This document shows positions 49,301 through 63,173 of a DNA stretch of 64,000 nucleotides, piece by piece. The DNA is taken from the NCBI RefSeq assembly GCF_001949145.1, contig NW_019091355.1, positions 3,206,646 through 3,270,645 on the forward strand. The letters run 5' to 3'. Positions within the stretch are counted from its first letter, which is position 1. Each line of letters starts with the position of its first letter. This DNA comes from Acanthaster planci (Eukaryota). The translations under genes were made by a program, and so were the position numbers. The notes below the pieces were generated by a model. The model was not told the DNA's origin, made no database searches, and saw only the letters and a program-made list of their open reading frames with translations.

Positions 49301-52300
49301 CCTCCTCCGTTCCCCCGCCTGCGACCAAAGTCAGCACCTTGCTGTGTTGTTATTTTCCTCTTCCGTCGACTTGAAAGGTACAAACTTTGGCTTCCTGTGC
49401 AAAGGCACCCTGCCCACCCCTCAGACACCAAGGTGTGACTGTCACTGCCTTTTCATGACATCGGTGTGAAATCACACATAAATGAACCCTGCCGTCCTCT
49501 CATGCAACATCCGTCGTACATCCAAGACCATCGGGAAGCCCTATCAGTGGACGGGGATAAATTGAAATTTCAAAGTAAGGGGGGGGGGAAAACGAAAGGC
49601 ATTATATAGACACGACCTGAAAGGAGAGACGACAATCGGAGCAGACTTGATTGCTTCCTTCCTCATTGATAACAGAGACTCTTTTCATGGCTAGCAGGCT
49701 TTGGGACACGGTGAAGTGTTGGCGTGCCTTTGAATTGTGATCAGGGCTGGCTTGCTGACTCCATCAGCTCAGAGGAGAGAAAGGGTTTCTTGTTTTGTTC
49801 TGTGACTGGACCAATGTACATGTGGACCTCTTGGCCCTTATTGCTAAATAGACCAGACTTTGGACCAAACACTTCGTATACAGACCATGCACGTAAATGT
49901 ATGGATATGTACATGTACTTGTACATTTACTGTACACGTATGGGAGCATGGAGAAACATGTAACTGGCCATACACATGTAATCCAGACATGTTCATGTAC
50001 ATACCGGTACATGTACGTTGCATCTTGTACATGTACATGTATGTAATCACAGACTTGGGAAAGTATCAGCGCATGCACATGTACACCACATTCACAAATG
50101 GATGCACATGTAGCGTGTATGTTCACGTTGGTCCTTAATCGATTTCAGGCATGCAATGTAAATTCTGCTCCACTGTCCACTGTGGTTGTAGAGAGAGTTT
50201 AATTTCACGCTTACCAACTCTTTTCACTTCAAGAATTCCAGGCGGGCAACACTGGTCACAGCACAAACATGGATAAGGTCACTAACCCACACCCAGACAA
50301 TGAAGTTAGTTTTCCATGATGGTTTTTTTTTTTTTTACCGTCTTTTGGAAGAATCCATGTACTAGTACCATTCTTTGGTACATCTTTTCAGGCCCTGTGC
50401 TCATTCAAGTGCCTTTAAGTAAAAGAAGAACAAAAAAGAGGCTTTTCCTCATCTTCTTTAGTTTAATTTAACACGGAGACATACTCAGGGCCTGGAAAGG
50501 TATTCAATTTAGGCTTAATGGTTGTCACCTACCAAGTTCTTTTTTGGTCAGTTTTGATCTTATTTGACCAAGCGTTGGGAAGGAATGTGAGCGCTTTCAA
50601 AGTGAAGTGGGGTTGAAGTGCTGTTGAGATGGAAATTAGAATTCTGGTTGCTGTTTTGTGATAAGAAGGTATTCAATGGACTTTGAAATTGGCATCAGGC
50701 TGGATCCCTTTTTGGAAACTACGGTGTCGCTATCTTTTCAGAGCAGTTTGGTTGCTAATTTTACCCTGCTACATTTTTCGTGGATGACCAGTAGGGTTCA
50801 TTTCCTTGTCATTGAAAGCAAGCCCTAGTTGCTTACATATCTCCCACAAGGAGGTTGCTAATGTAGCACATAAGCCAAGTACCCCCCAGCTTTTTATCAA
50901 AAGGCTTACAAATAAGTATCATAATCAGTTTGTGATATGCGTGTACACACATACTGCCGTCATTGTATAAAAACACGTATCAATTTCTGTGGCCTTTTCC
51001 TTATGAAAGAAAGGATCGTCTTTGATATGAAATTGCAATTTTGAAAGAAACCTATCAGTTGTAATTGTATGCATGCTTGCCGACAAAAACAAAATCTTGA
51101 CCAATGCCAGTTTTGTTGCACTGTGCTTGGGTAGACACTGAAAAGATTTGATCATTTCTTCCAGCTTCGTTTTTGGCCACTCACCCAGCCCTTGTTGTGT
51201 GTTACTTGTACTTCGTCCCACACTTCATCATCTCCCTGCAGAAACTTTCAATATCTCACAGCCAAGAATATAAACGTTTTGACCATATTGTGTCAATGTA
51301 TTTTCAATTAAATTACATTTTGTGAAGAACTGCCGGGAGTAATCCTTTCCTCAAACTTTTCCTCTTTTCGGCTGTGAGCCTGACTGACAGCAAAGGAGAT
51401 CAAATTTAAATCTAGCAAAATTGGCCTTTGTGCATCAGTGAATGACCGTATTTAGTTCGGGGATTATCTTTCAAACTGTTGCAGTTTGAGGATTATTAAT
51501 TTTTTTTCTTCGTCACCCAACCCTCACTGCTACAAAAAGCATCGGAAAACAGGCCTGCAGGTACTCACCTTTCCAGCATGGGTAGTTGGTCGTCCTTTTG
51601 AATAATGTGCTACGTATTTCAACCTTTGTGCCAGCAAGTAAGTTTGAAGTTCAGTGCCCTTCATGTGGCGTTTCAACGTCCATCATGTGGTTGAATACCT
51701 TTGCTCAGAATTGCCAAAGGTTGCCAATGAATCTACGTTGGTCTTGCCAAAACCATAACTCTATCTAGCATCATCACCATTTTAATTGTCACCGTTAATA
51801 TTCAGCTCAACTGAGTTCCCTCACCCAGCAGCTCACAGTAAATCCCTCTGTTGGTGACTGTGATCGATCCAGAGGTTGCCAGATACCAAATTTGTTCAAT
51901 TCATCAAAGCTGCTAGTGTCCCCAGGCATGTTCTACCTATCAGGGTATTCTTAATTTCTCAATGATGCCTCAGGGGGCAGTACCCAATTCCAAGGTGGAA
52001 AAAGTGCCACAAGGTCTAGGGTTGTGTGACCTTAGCTCTTCCTCAAAGACAGACCGGACAGATTATTGTGGCCTGTGCTTTGTCCTCTTTCATGTTCCTC
52101 CACTCAGTAGTCATCTCTTTTTTACTGTGAATAAATTAATCAATTTAAATTAATTAAATTAAATTGAATTAATCAATCAAAATCATTTTTTCCCAGGAAG
52201 AGGCTGGTAAGTGGTTATATTGTTCGTCAGTGGAATGTTCAGTGCATTTGTAATTTGGAACAGTTAATCATTTGTTGCATTTTTTTGGCATCTTTAAGTT

Positions 52301-53735
52301 TAACCTTGACAAATGTGACCAACCTAACAAAGCTAGTCCCAAGTCGTCAGAGCCACATTCAAGTTTAAAGCCCTTAAACAAATTTGCATTATGTAAATCA
52401 ATAAGAATCCTGAACCTTTTCACCTGTGTTTTGTCTGTGGCCTCGGGACTTATTCCAGTCACTAAGTTTTCTTCGCTCTAAGAATGAGATTTACTCCTTT
52501 GTTAAAATGTGAATGGAACTTTTAAGCTTCATCTGGAAGATGCATTTTGAGAGTGGCTATGGTACGGAGCACATGCACTGCTGTGTATGAATATAAAACA
52601 ACTGAAGCTGTAGCCACAAAACAGTTAAAGCGCATGTGGCTTAAAAGTTGAAGAAGAAAAATTATTGCATGGCCCCTGTTTCCTTCTCACATCAATGACC
52701 AAGTCAGTGCCTTGGAGATGCACTCTGATTTCGATTGTAAACCTAAACTGCTCTATTGTCCCTGGATTGGGCATTAAGTTTCCCCCCCTGGTTGGGTACC
52801 CGGGCTTTAGCACACACAATGGAGGAACTAGACTGGGCCCGCTGGGTTGGGCAGGAGAGCTATTTTCTTTGCAGCTCAATGCCTTTGCAGAATGCTTTAG
52901 TTGGTGCGATGACCTTCCAGGGCAGGACAATCTCGGTAGTGTACAAGACAAAGTTCTAAATATTTCAACGCTAGGTCCTTTCACAAGGCATATTCTGGTT
53001 CTGGGTATTTTTGTCTTACATTTGATAATGGGTAGGTGTGTAGTGTACTGATGCATGAAGAAACGCATGTACATGTAGTCTCCATGGTTGATCCACAGGA
53101 ATTGAAATGACTAACACTGAAATACCGTACACCTGTAGCACACTGGCATGGATCTTACATGTACAGTACCTGTGTAGATGATGTACTTCTCGTGGGCGGA
53201 ACTTGAGTTTTTCGTCAAGGGCTGACCCAGGTTCATTGAAAATACAGAGTCATGGAACACGCTGGGCCATGGTCCCCTCTCCCTTTGTATGCCTGTATTT
53301 TAATGAACCTAGACCTGACATCGATAGTGGCGTGGTGGGATATTGGAAGGGGATTCGTGTCAACTGTAAAGTATCGTACCAGTACACGTACTTGAGATGC
53401 AAGGTTACGCAGTTCCTCAGGGCTATGGGCCTGGAGGTGGACCAAGAGGGCGCTGTTGTCTTAGCAACGGAGGCCTCTTTGGTCAGACCTGAACTTTGCT
53501 GGTTCACGAATGACTAGGAAATGCACGCGTCACGGTCGCATCACTACCAACAGATTGAACTCTCCCAATTAACGCGGCTCTTGTGAACTGATGAGGGGGG
53601 GTGCTTCTGCTCGAGGTGGATCGTCCACAGGACTTGTTAGCAGTGCATCTTAAAAATGTATTTGCCCTCGTAATATGTGTACATAAATTTACTGGTGCAC
53701 ATGTACATGGTATTCCATGCTACACATCTATTGGG

Positions 53736-53765
53736 CATGTACATGTACATGTACATGTACATGTA
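53736..53765. repeat. (CATGTA)5 microsatellite; shorter arrays at ~18077, 21670, 24712, 34677, 37139 and a degenerate tract at ~49890-50115
   Basis: Read directly from the sequence. Confidence 0.9.
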
Positions 53766-56700
53766 TATACATACTGTACATACAATTGTACTTACATTGC
53801 AATGCATATATTTGAATGTAGAAATGTTACAGTACACGTGGAATCAATTGTCCCTTTTATACCCTCAGTGGCCAAAATGCCTGAAAGCACCTTTTGTTTC
53901 TGGTTTCTTCAAAATGGAGTTCTCAGTTCCCTCCAAATGGAGTCCCCCCAAAAATTACAGGGACCATTGTATTTCAACACAGCACCCTAACAGGGTTTCC
54001 AGTGACCTTAACATTCTCCCAGGTCCAGGGTCTGACAGTTTTAGTGCGATCCTAATGAATGTGTTTGACCCCGGAGAATTCCATGTGGGATCGTTACACC
54101 CTTCACCACAGTTTGGCTCAGCTAGTTTTGATAAGGGCAGGGCTTTGTTCTGGGATTCCCGAAAATAATCATACTGGAATCGATTACAGACAGAATCATT
54201 CTAGAGGTGAAATTTATCACCTAGAAGAACTAAGAAAAATGCCATTGAAATTGTTCACAGCCATCACTTTCTTCAATTAGGAAAGTTTTGAAACCTTCTG
54301 GACTGCTCCTAGCAGTTGTGTAATGTAGTATTTGAGAAGTACACCACTTCAGGAGTTTGATTAGCCATTTAAACTGATGGGAAAAAATGTACTCGCCAGC
54401 ATTTGTATGTCCACAAGTGGAAGAAAAAGAACAATCAGATCAGTATGAAATAGTTGGTGGAGGTGAGCTCACACGTTAATGATCAGGTCAGTATTTGGTG
54501 GTGAAAAAAGAAGCCCACTCCGAAAGCTCTCGAAAGTGAGACCCCTCAAAACTTTCCCACCTGTCAGACAATAACCTGTACCAAGACGGTGGGAATCAGA
54601 GTGTCCAAATTAACTCAAGTTTTGAAAGCCTGGACAAAACCATCCACCGGAATCATTGTGATAGTACGTGCTTGTCTTGAAAACATGTTGTCACCATGGC
54701 GATGTGGGTATCTCACTAAGTTTTTTTTCCCCTGTAAATTTCAAGTCTCCCTTTTGTGGCCCATTTTCCATTGTCCCCAGGGTAGGCTCGCTGTAGCCAT
54801 AAGGCCTTGAGTTGAAGGACAATAATTATGCTTTTACCAGGGAAAGAAAATAACTGTCATTGTGCCTGTCCCTCTGTTAGCATTCTGGAGAGATCTTGGC
54901 ACCTAGTCGATTTTCTTCGTCCTTGGGTCGTGCAAGGTGGTCGGAGCAGAGAATAAAGCAGGAGAACTTTCAACAGCTCCCTTGCCTTCAAGTTGGCCTA
55001 ATTTGGCCATATTCAATTAACTGGTGGAGCTGTGATTATGGTCGTGCATAAAAAGGGCCAACAGCATCAGGGACAGGGTGAGAAAATTATCCAAGGCCTG
55101 CAAGAAAAATGGAGGGGAAAGTGAGCGAATCGTACATTGTACATCCGCCAAACGTTGTTCTTTTTTGTCAGGAATACACCTGTAACGAGAAGTCAGTGTA
55201 TAGGCAAGGAGATACAATAGGAGATAATCATAGGAGCTGACAAACAGCATTGGGATTCTTCTTTTTGGAGGGAAATGTGAACAATGCAGTAGGTTCCTCA
55301 GAGATACCGATGCGCTGGGAAAAGCTACTCTACTGATGTTAGGCCTAACTAGCATAGTTCACGTGTACATGTATATTACGGTGACTTTCTGTTCTGAACC
55401 TGGTAGAGCTTATATGCATGTGGGTAGTGCTTACGGGTTTCTTTGGTGCAAACTGTATTAATGGGAAGGCAAAAAAAATGATTAATAGGTTCCTGTTGTG
55501 TCGAACTGTTGAGTGGTTTTCACAGGCATGCAACTTCTCCCCCCCCCCCCATCGGTTGGTTCCTCGGTTTCTTTCACTTGAAAATTGAAAAACACTGTAA
55601 AGTCTTGTCAGGTTTAGAATTTCCTGGTTTTTGTTTGTTTTTTTTGTTTTTTTTGTAAAGCCCAAGTTTCATCCCTGTTTTCAACTTTTGACTGGGATTC
55701 TTGGAATAATCCATCTGGAGAGTCCCCCCTAGGCTACCGTACACTGTGTGTGCATGCATGTACATGTACTTGCACTGCCAGCTCACATATTTTCGAAGGC
55801 CATGTGTGACTTTTATGGGCGTTATTAGTGTCCCCAGAGGATTGTATGTCCACCAATAAATTTGGGAAAGAGATCCTTGATGAGGAGAGGAATTTTTTTG
55901 GGGGGTTAGGATTGGGGAACGTGCTCACAGGAGAAAGTTGGAGTTGAGGCCTCTGCAAATAGCACCCAATGTTGATGATGTAGGCGTAGGTGGGGGGGGG
56001 AGAAGTAATGGAGATAACATGGAAGCTGTGTAAGCTTAACCAAGGCCAATTCTGGAGCGCAAAGATTACATACATGCACATGTATGTTGCTGGGCCTACA
56101 TGAGTACTCTATGCATGTACACTGTACAAGGTCATGGACATAAGAGACAAACATGCAGTGGTGCAAGCATACCAGCTCTGTCCTTGGATTATCTAGCAGC
56201 AGTGTTCCAGTATGTGCTCATGTGAACCACTCTATGCATGTGCCATACTTACAACCATGTAGCAGTATTTGTGCTGACGCATTGTGCTGAGGGCATTGTG
56301 CTGAGGACAGTTGTCGTTAAAACAAATTGGGAATTTGTCTTCTGCACACAGGTGTAATTCCTTTTACAGTTATGGTTTTCAACTGCTGAAGATATGATGT
56401 GTGAAAAATCTTTGGTAAATGTTGGTACTATATGAAAGGGGGTAGGTTTGGCCTATCTTATCTAATCTCTGAATAATATAATTTCAGATTTAGCATTGTT
56501 GGAATACCATCAGAAAACTTATGTGGGTGTACAGTGCTGGACTACATGTAAATTTATGTTTGTGTTTTTCCCATGATGAATTTCACTATCTTTAGGGAAT
56601 TATAATTTGGTCAAATCAGCTTCTGTAAGAATACCATCTTCCTGAATGAAATATCTGAAAATCGTTTTTTTTACCAAGACTCCATTCACATCCCTGGAAT

Positions 56701-58156
56701 TCGGAGAGCCAAACAAAAGTTTGAACCTTGACACAATTTTCTGTGTTTGGGGGACTGCTAGACAATTAAACATGTGTACAAAGCAAACACAGTTTGGCCA
56801 TTGTATCAGCCTCAACCAATTGGCAAATACGATTTCCTTAAATCAACACGTGATTGCTGAAAAACGATATTTGTCCAAGCACTTGACTTGTCTGTTTAAT
56901 TGCAGCACCAACTCAGATTTGTATTTGGTCCGGGGTGGTTGTTGTCACCACCGCAGGCCTGTCCTGGACCCTTGCTGTCGCCAGTCTTCCTGTATCAGCC
57001 ATGTTAAACATCCCACTGGTGCCAATCATAGCGGTTTGAACAGCCAGCAACCAATGTTTTGCCCTTTTTACCTGTCTGAGAACTGCCTTTTGATCCGCCG
57101 CCTTTCATTGTGTGCGTGGCCGGAAACGTTGAATGAAGCTGCCTTAAATGTCTGACCTACTTTGCGGGGATTAGATTTCACCAAAAAGGAGAGCTTAACT
57201 TGATATGATCAGTACATGCGTAATACATCTTGTTCCACTTTTCACCAAAGTGGCACGGCTGAAACTGATTTTACATCAGCGAGCCATTGTGATTGTGTGA
57301 TAAATTTGAAGGATTTCAGTCAGCTATACTCAAGTGGAGCCATAGCTTATCACCGGTAAAAAGCCTGTGGTGGTTTCCTTAATCCCCTCCGACAAGCTAA
57401 AGTGACTTGCAAATCGCCTATTGATGGATGAATGAAACCTCGTAGATGCCAACGGTTTCAGATAACAGAAGGGTACCGGTAGATGTGCAGACTGACTCTT
57501 ACTTTTGAAGTTTGGATAGCTGAGTAACCAGACCGCTTTTTTTTTGCAGTTGAAATCACAAAATACTGATTTTTTGTACTAAAGCAGATATCCTGTCTAT
57601 TGCTTTTACTTCATCTCCCCAGCCCTCCTCCCTACAACCAACAAACTCTGACCAACCTGCCCCATCCCCTAGAAATGACACAAGATACCAAAACAAGAAG
57701 ACTTCAAAACGAGAGAACATCGAAGGAAAAAAAGGCCTTTTGACGACACATTTCTTCTTAAGAATTCTGGCCTTAAAATGCGTGTAAAGTTCTTAAACTT
57801 TCTGGAAAATAGGTCCTTGATAGTATGTCACACAAACCTGTCAACTCAAATCTCTCCAAAAGTCTTGAGAAATAAGGGTGCATGCGTGCCTCTCCCGTTA
57901 TTTGAAAGTGGAGGGGGGAATATACCTGAAACAAAGTTGCATTCAAATAACAGGTGGAATTTACTTGCATGCTTGATAAAGAAAAAAAATCACCTGACAA
58001 CGTAGATTTGTTGCTTAGCAGCTGAGGCCCATAAAAATAACAGTGAAGGAACCAAATTTATGAAATTGGAAATAACCTGGGGCAGTCAACAAACGGCACC
58101 TAGGGGCAGTGAGTTGACTTCGTTAGTGGAACAGATGACATTAAGAAGCAACACCT

Positions 58157-58288
58157 ATCAAAGCAGGCCTGAATGTCATGACCTGTGAACTTGATTTGCA
58201 TAATCTCTAAAACAGATGACGTAAAAAGGAAAACTAATCAAAGCAGGCCTGAATGTCATGGCCCGTGAACTTGATTTGCATAATCTCT
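58157..58288 (+). repeat. 52-bp direct repeat, 80-bp period
   Basis: 58157-58208 and 58237-58288 differ at 2 positions. Confidence 0.9.
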
Positions 58289-61200
58289 GAATAAAAATGC
58301 TGTGAGAATAGAGTGCAGCTATAATATCTTGTGATTTGAACTGAGACACGTTGCACTTGTACACCTGTAGCGTATACAGAGTGAAATGAATGGTAGCTGA
58401 AGAAGATAAAAAAAAATGACGATATGCATGTACATGCACACGGTGGAATTTGGAAATGGCTTTCAATTTTTAATTGATGAAGGAGCTGGATGGATAAGGG
58501 CCTCTGTACTCACACGTCGCAGTCATGCTGAAGCCTTAAATGGTGTGTTTGCCATGTGCACTCGGGTATGCGAATCGCACTGAATACCCAATCTGGCACT
58601 GAAGCTTGAGTGCGTGCGTCATCTTCCAGGTTTGGTACAGACTGGAGGTCTCCTTGCCACATTGTCAGAATAGATCTACATGTAATGTGTGGACCCCGTG
58701 TAAGTGTTTACAAGGATGGTGTGTTTTTTATCACATAGCACCAACTTTCCCTGTCCAAAAGCAAACTACCAGTACATGTGCCTTTATCACACTGGTACAC
58801 GAACATAATGCTCACAAAGCATTATGTCTATTCTTTTCTCCATTATTAACGTTACATTTACATGTATAGTCTCCGGTGTAGTGTGACGGTCACACTGAGC
58901 AGAGGAGATGAGGCCTGGCCGCTCGGCTCGCCCCCCTCGGCAAACTCTGGTCAGGAACATTTTCTACAGTCGGTAAAGTTTCATTCCATTGCTCAGCAAG
59001 GACAGCCCTTTTTTTTTTTCTTATCGAAGGAAAGGATCCCTTGAAACTTCCACATTTTGCTCAGTCTCAGATCTGCAACATCCAGCGGAAGCATTGTCTT
59101 TCCTGTTGCTCGCACAGTGCTTTGAACTTTTTACCCCTTTGAGAATTGTATCACAGGCTTTTTCATTTTGGTATTAGTGACATGAGAATGCCCCGCAAAT
59201 CATACCGAGCCACTGCTGAAGTCAGTAGAATGGATGTTTCTGACAGAATTAAAAGACCTTGGATGGTAACAGCAGTGTTGTTTGATCCTGCTTTATAAAG
59301 CTGAAATGAAAGGTACCGGTGCATCAAGGTGCATCCATCTATCACTGGAATGCTATTTAAAAAGTTGTTGAAAGTCACGTTGGAGACACAAAGGTGCACT
59401 ATGAAAACTGTGAACATTTTCGAGGAATTTCCTTCCCCAAAAGAACAAAATCCACAAAGGACAAAAGCTGGAGAGAATTCGACAAAGTGTCGTTGATGGG
59501 AAGTTGATGTTGAAAGAAGGGGAGGGGGGAAGTGGAAGGAGATTTCAACAGTTACACCAGCTCTGTGATTCTGTACAAGACTGAAAAATCAAAGGTCCCG
59601 TGCCGAGCTTTACCGGTAGGAGTGCCCTTTGTGAATGAGATTTATTTATTCGGCGATGGATTTGTCTTGTCAAAAAAAGAAAAGGGGAGTTTTATTGAAA
59701 AAGATTGGCAAGCGATAATTGCATTGCTTATGCTACCGTTGAATTGGACTCAACTATTGGCCCACGAAACACGTTTCAAATTTTGTTTGTGTAAGGTCTG
59801 TGGACTTGCTCTTGAAGAAGGGATATTTGTTTAAACTGCCAAAAAAAAGAAGCGTCAAAGTTCTTGTCATGACACTGGAACTGTTATCTTGATGGTCTGG
59901 ACGATATTAGTCGAATGAAAAACAAAAATTATTATTTGCACGTGTATGTACAAGGGATCAGATAAATAATTGGGTGACGCTGCCAACGTCTGGTCTTAAG
60001 AGTTCAGACTTTGGATTTTGGACTAGCAAGACACTTGGCAATTAAATTACCACCGAATGGTAGCTGCAGAATATCACCGAATACAAAGTTAGACAGCTAG
60101 ATCAGGTCCAGTGGCCCTGCCTGAATTAAAGCCCGACTTTAACGCTTCAGAATGCTCAACTCGGAGAAACCTTCTTTGATGGTTGCAGATGGGACCTGTT
60201 CTGATGAACAAGTCACAAGGCTGTCCCAAAAATGTTTTCCAGAGAGGTTGATCAGATATAAGGTTTTCTTAAATCTTGCCCCACAAGCCACAGAAATTAG
60301 TCCAAGAAAGGACGAGCACCCCCCATGGCTTCAGCCCAGATCCCCATCCAAAGATTATGAAGGGTGAAATACATACTCCAGTGTCTCAATTGTGACATTT
60401 TTACTACGTTGGTCTGCCCCTCGGGAGCAAATTTGCTCTGGTTTTTATGATTGCAATAATTGGTATTTGTGTGATGTCCAGGATCTCTTGTCATATTTAT
60501 GTCTTGGTTTCGATGTTAATGCTAACAGCAGGAAATGCACTTTTCAAACCAAGGACTTTAAATCCTCAATCCTTCTGTTGAATTATTGAGGATTGTTAAG
60601 GTATGGGTTTGGTGTTCTGTTGTCATTACAGTGAGGATTTCTGGACGGGGAATTGTTCATTTTCTAGCATATTACTACATGGTCGAAGCTAAGTTACAAA
60701 GGCAACTGTTGAACTCATGACCTCGAAGTGTGTCTGTTGAAAACAAGGTGGAAGGGGGAGTGGATTAAGGGAGAAAGGGGCGGAGTCAGGATTGACTGGA
60801 ACCACATTTCACAATCTTGATCTCTTGGACCCTTAATGTACTTTGTAGCCTGGTAAAAGAAGTAGGGTTAAGAAGTAAGCATGTGTTTTACTAAAAGGCA
60901 TAAGAGGAAATGAAGATGGCTGGTGAGAGGGGTAAATATGCTTCAGCACATAGGATGGTTACCAGCCACCAGAATGGGTACCATGCATGAGAGGCGATTA
61001 CATGTTGTAATGTAAAATACAGAGATCACATTTGTGTACCATGCGTCATACATCTTGCTCAATCGCCTGGGATAGGTAATTTTTTTGCTCCACATTCAAC
61101 TGTCATGGTGGCTGTGGTAGGCCAATTAGGGTTAGATTGATGGATTGTCAAATTTTTCAGGGTAATGGACTCCCTCCTTCCTCCAAAAGAAACCGAGCCT

Positions 61201-61846
61201 ATGGTGATGTCATTCTCCCAACACAACCCTGTCTTCTGTTCTCACCACTCATTGCCAAGTTCAACACAAACATTACTCTGGGGCTGTTAGTCCATTCCGG
61301 GCTATCCAGGGAGCCAGACTGACAGATGGGCCTTCATTACAACAATAGCTCCCTGTCTGCTCTTTCCCGGCCCCTCACTTGTCATCCAAGAGTCTTTCGG
61401 TGACCCTCGACCCCTCTTTATGGCTCTTCTGTTGCCCAGGAGACCCTCCCTTGACAACCCCTCCGGGCTTGGCCCCAGAGTCAGACTCTAATTGGTGTGG
61501 GACTCAACTCTGGGAGACTTAAATTCTCTGATTCTTTCATTTGAAAATTGAAAGAAAATTATGCTCTTAGTAGAATCTTTGAATGATGCAAAACTACAAA
61601 CTGTACTGTGTTTGTACATGCCAGGCTGTTGAACATCTTTTTGCTGTCAAGTAGGAGTTATTTCTAAAGACTGAATTTTTTTTCATGAATTGCTTTGAAC
61701 AATTAGCCTTTTAAGAATTCCTGGGTCACTAGCTTAAGTTGAAGACAGAAGAGGCTTCTACTGTATTTTGAAGGTTAGCACAGTGTTCTGTCTTTGGAGT
61801 TCCATACCTATACCCAGCAAGAAATGAGACCGAGGGGTACCCCCCC

Positions 61847-61949
61847 NNNNNNNNNNNNNNNNNNNNNNNNNNNNNNNNNNNNNNNNNNNNNNNNNNNNNN
61901 NNNNNNNNNNNNNNNNNNNNNNNNNNNNNNNNNNNNNNNNNNNNNNNNN
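61847..61949. other. Assembly gap
   Basis: Run of N. Confidence 1.
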
Positions 61950-62815
61950 TCTCATACCTTGCTGCATATGTCCATACCAACACAGTGTTCTGTCTTTGGA
62001 GTTCCATACCTGACTCCACTCAATTCCTTCCTGTTAAAGAGTGGGCCTATTTAAAGGAAAATTCACTCCCTTTGAAACCGGAATTCCTACCCAAGCTAAT
62101 CTAAAAAGCGTCTTTATTAGTAACACACTCGAAAAGCTGTTGTGGGCTCCTTTGTGGGGATAATGAGTGACCAAAGCCTAACAGGGCTAACTTGAAGGAG
62201 GTGTTATGTAAGACATTCTTGGAAGCTTTACTGAAGGGCAGTTGAGGACAAGAGCATCTCAGAATCTCGATGACAGGGGAGGGATGGGTTGTCATTCAAA
62301 GCCAGTTGAGATCTTGGAAGGAGTTTTAAGCCAATCCACTCCGCCAACACCTGCTGTGATAATGCCTGCCTAAGTGTGCTATGGTTTCAGAAAGCACCGC
62401 AAATATCGTGATAGAGTTGCAGTAGGTTTTGCAACTTACCAAGAGCACCCTGCAGATATCTTGTGTTCTTAGTGCAGTGGCTGGCTTGGATGGGTTCAAA
62501 GTTAAATCGCAGTTTCATTTGCTGGTGTTCCCTTGGCTAACAAGATTCCAGCGACTGCTTAACTCCATCATGTTTTCTGTAAATTTGAAAAACACTCACA
62601 AACAGGTTGAGGTTAGTAACATTTATCTTGTCTGTTGATATTTGCCCCTCCCCAAAATAAACTGAGGTCATACATGTACATAATTTGTGCTTGTATCATT
62701 TTCTTCCCTGATAAATGACTGCAACTATTTAAAACTAAGGACTTCTTAGGCCTACCTGCGAAGTATCATCTTGGTATTTAACTCCTTAATTCAAATTCTG
62801 CAAGGAATGCACAAA

Positions 62816-63173
62816 TGTGACCGGCTCTGCCAAAAGGTGTATCCTGTCACTTTTTTTGAATTTGAGTAATATATTATCAAATTGCTCACATCCTAAGCTT
62901 TCATTTGATACATACTTCATCCCCTTGGCATTTTGCATTTGGAGTTATTTGCCTTTTGCATATTCATATAATTTCATTTTATCACTTGCTTTTTGAGATA
63001 ATATGTTTTAAACATTAAACTTAAATTAGACACTCTCTTGGTTTTCTTAAGCAACAGAGGCTTTCTGGTCAAGCAATTGGCCTCAAAATATTTTCACCCT
63101 CGGCACATGGAATGGGCCATTACGCATTTTTGCATTGCACGACTTCATACACCTTTTTGCAGAGCAGGTCACA
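62816..63173. mobile_element. MITE with 27-bp TIRs, TGT...ACA termini
   Basis: tgtgaccggctctgccaaaaggtgtat / atacacctttttgcagagcaggtcaca (25/27); AT-rich interior; superfamily unassigned. Confidence 0.8.

Noticed and set aside
53601..54168. 129- and 163-aa ORFs with HVHVHV/MYMYMY
   Set aside because: Translation of the (CATGTA)n microsatellite.
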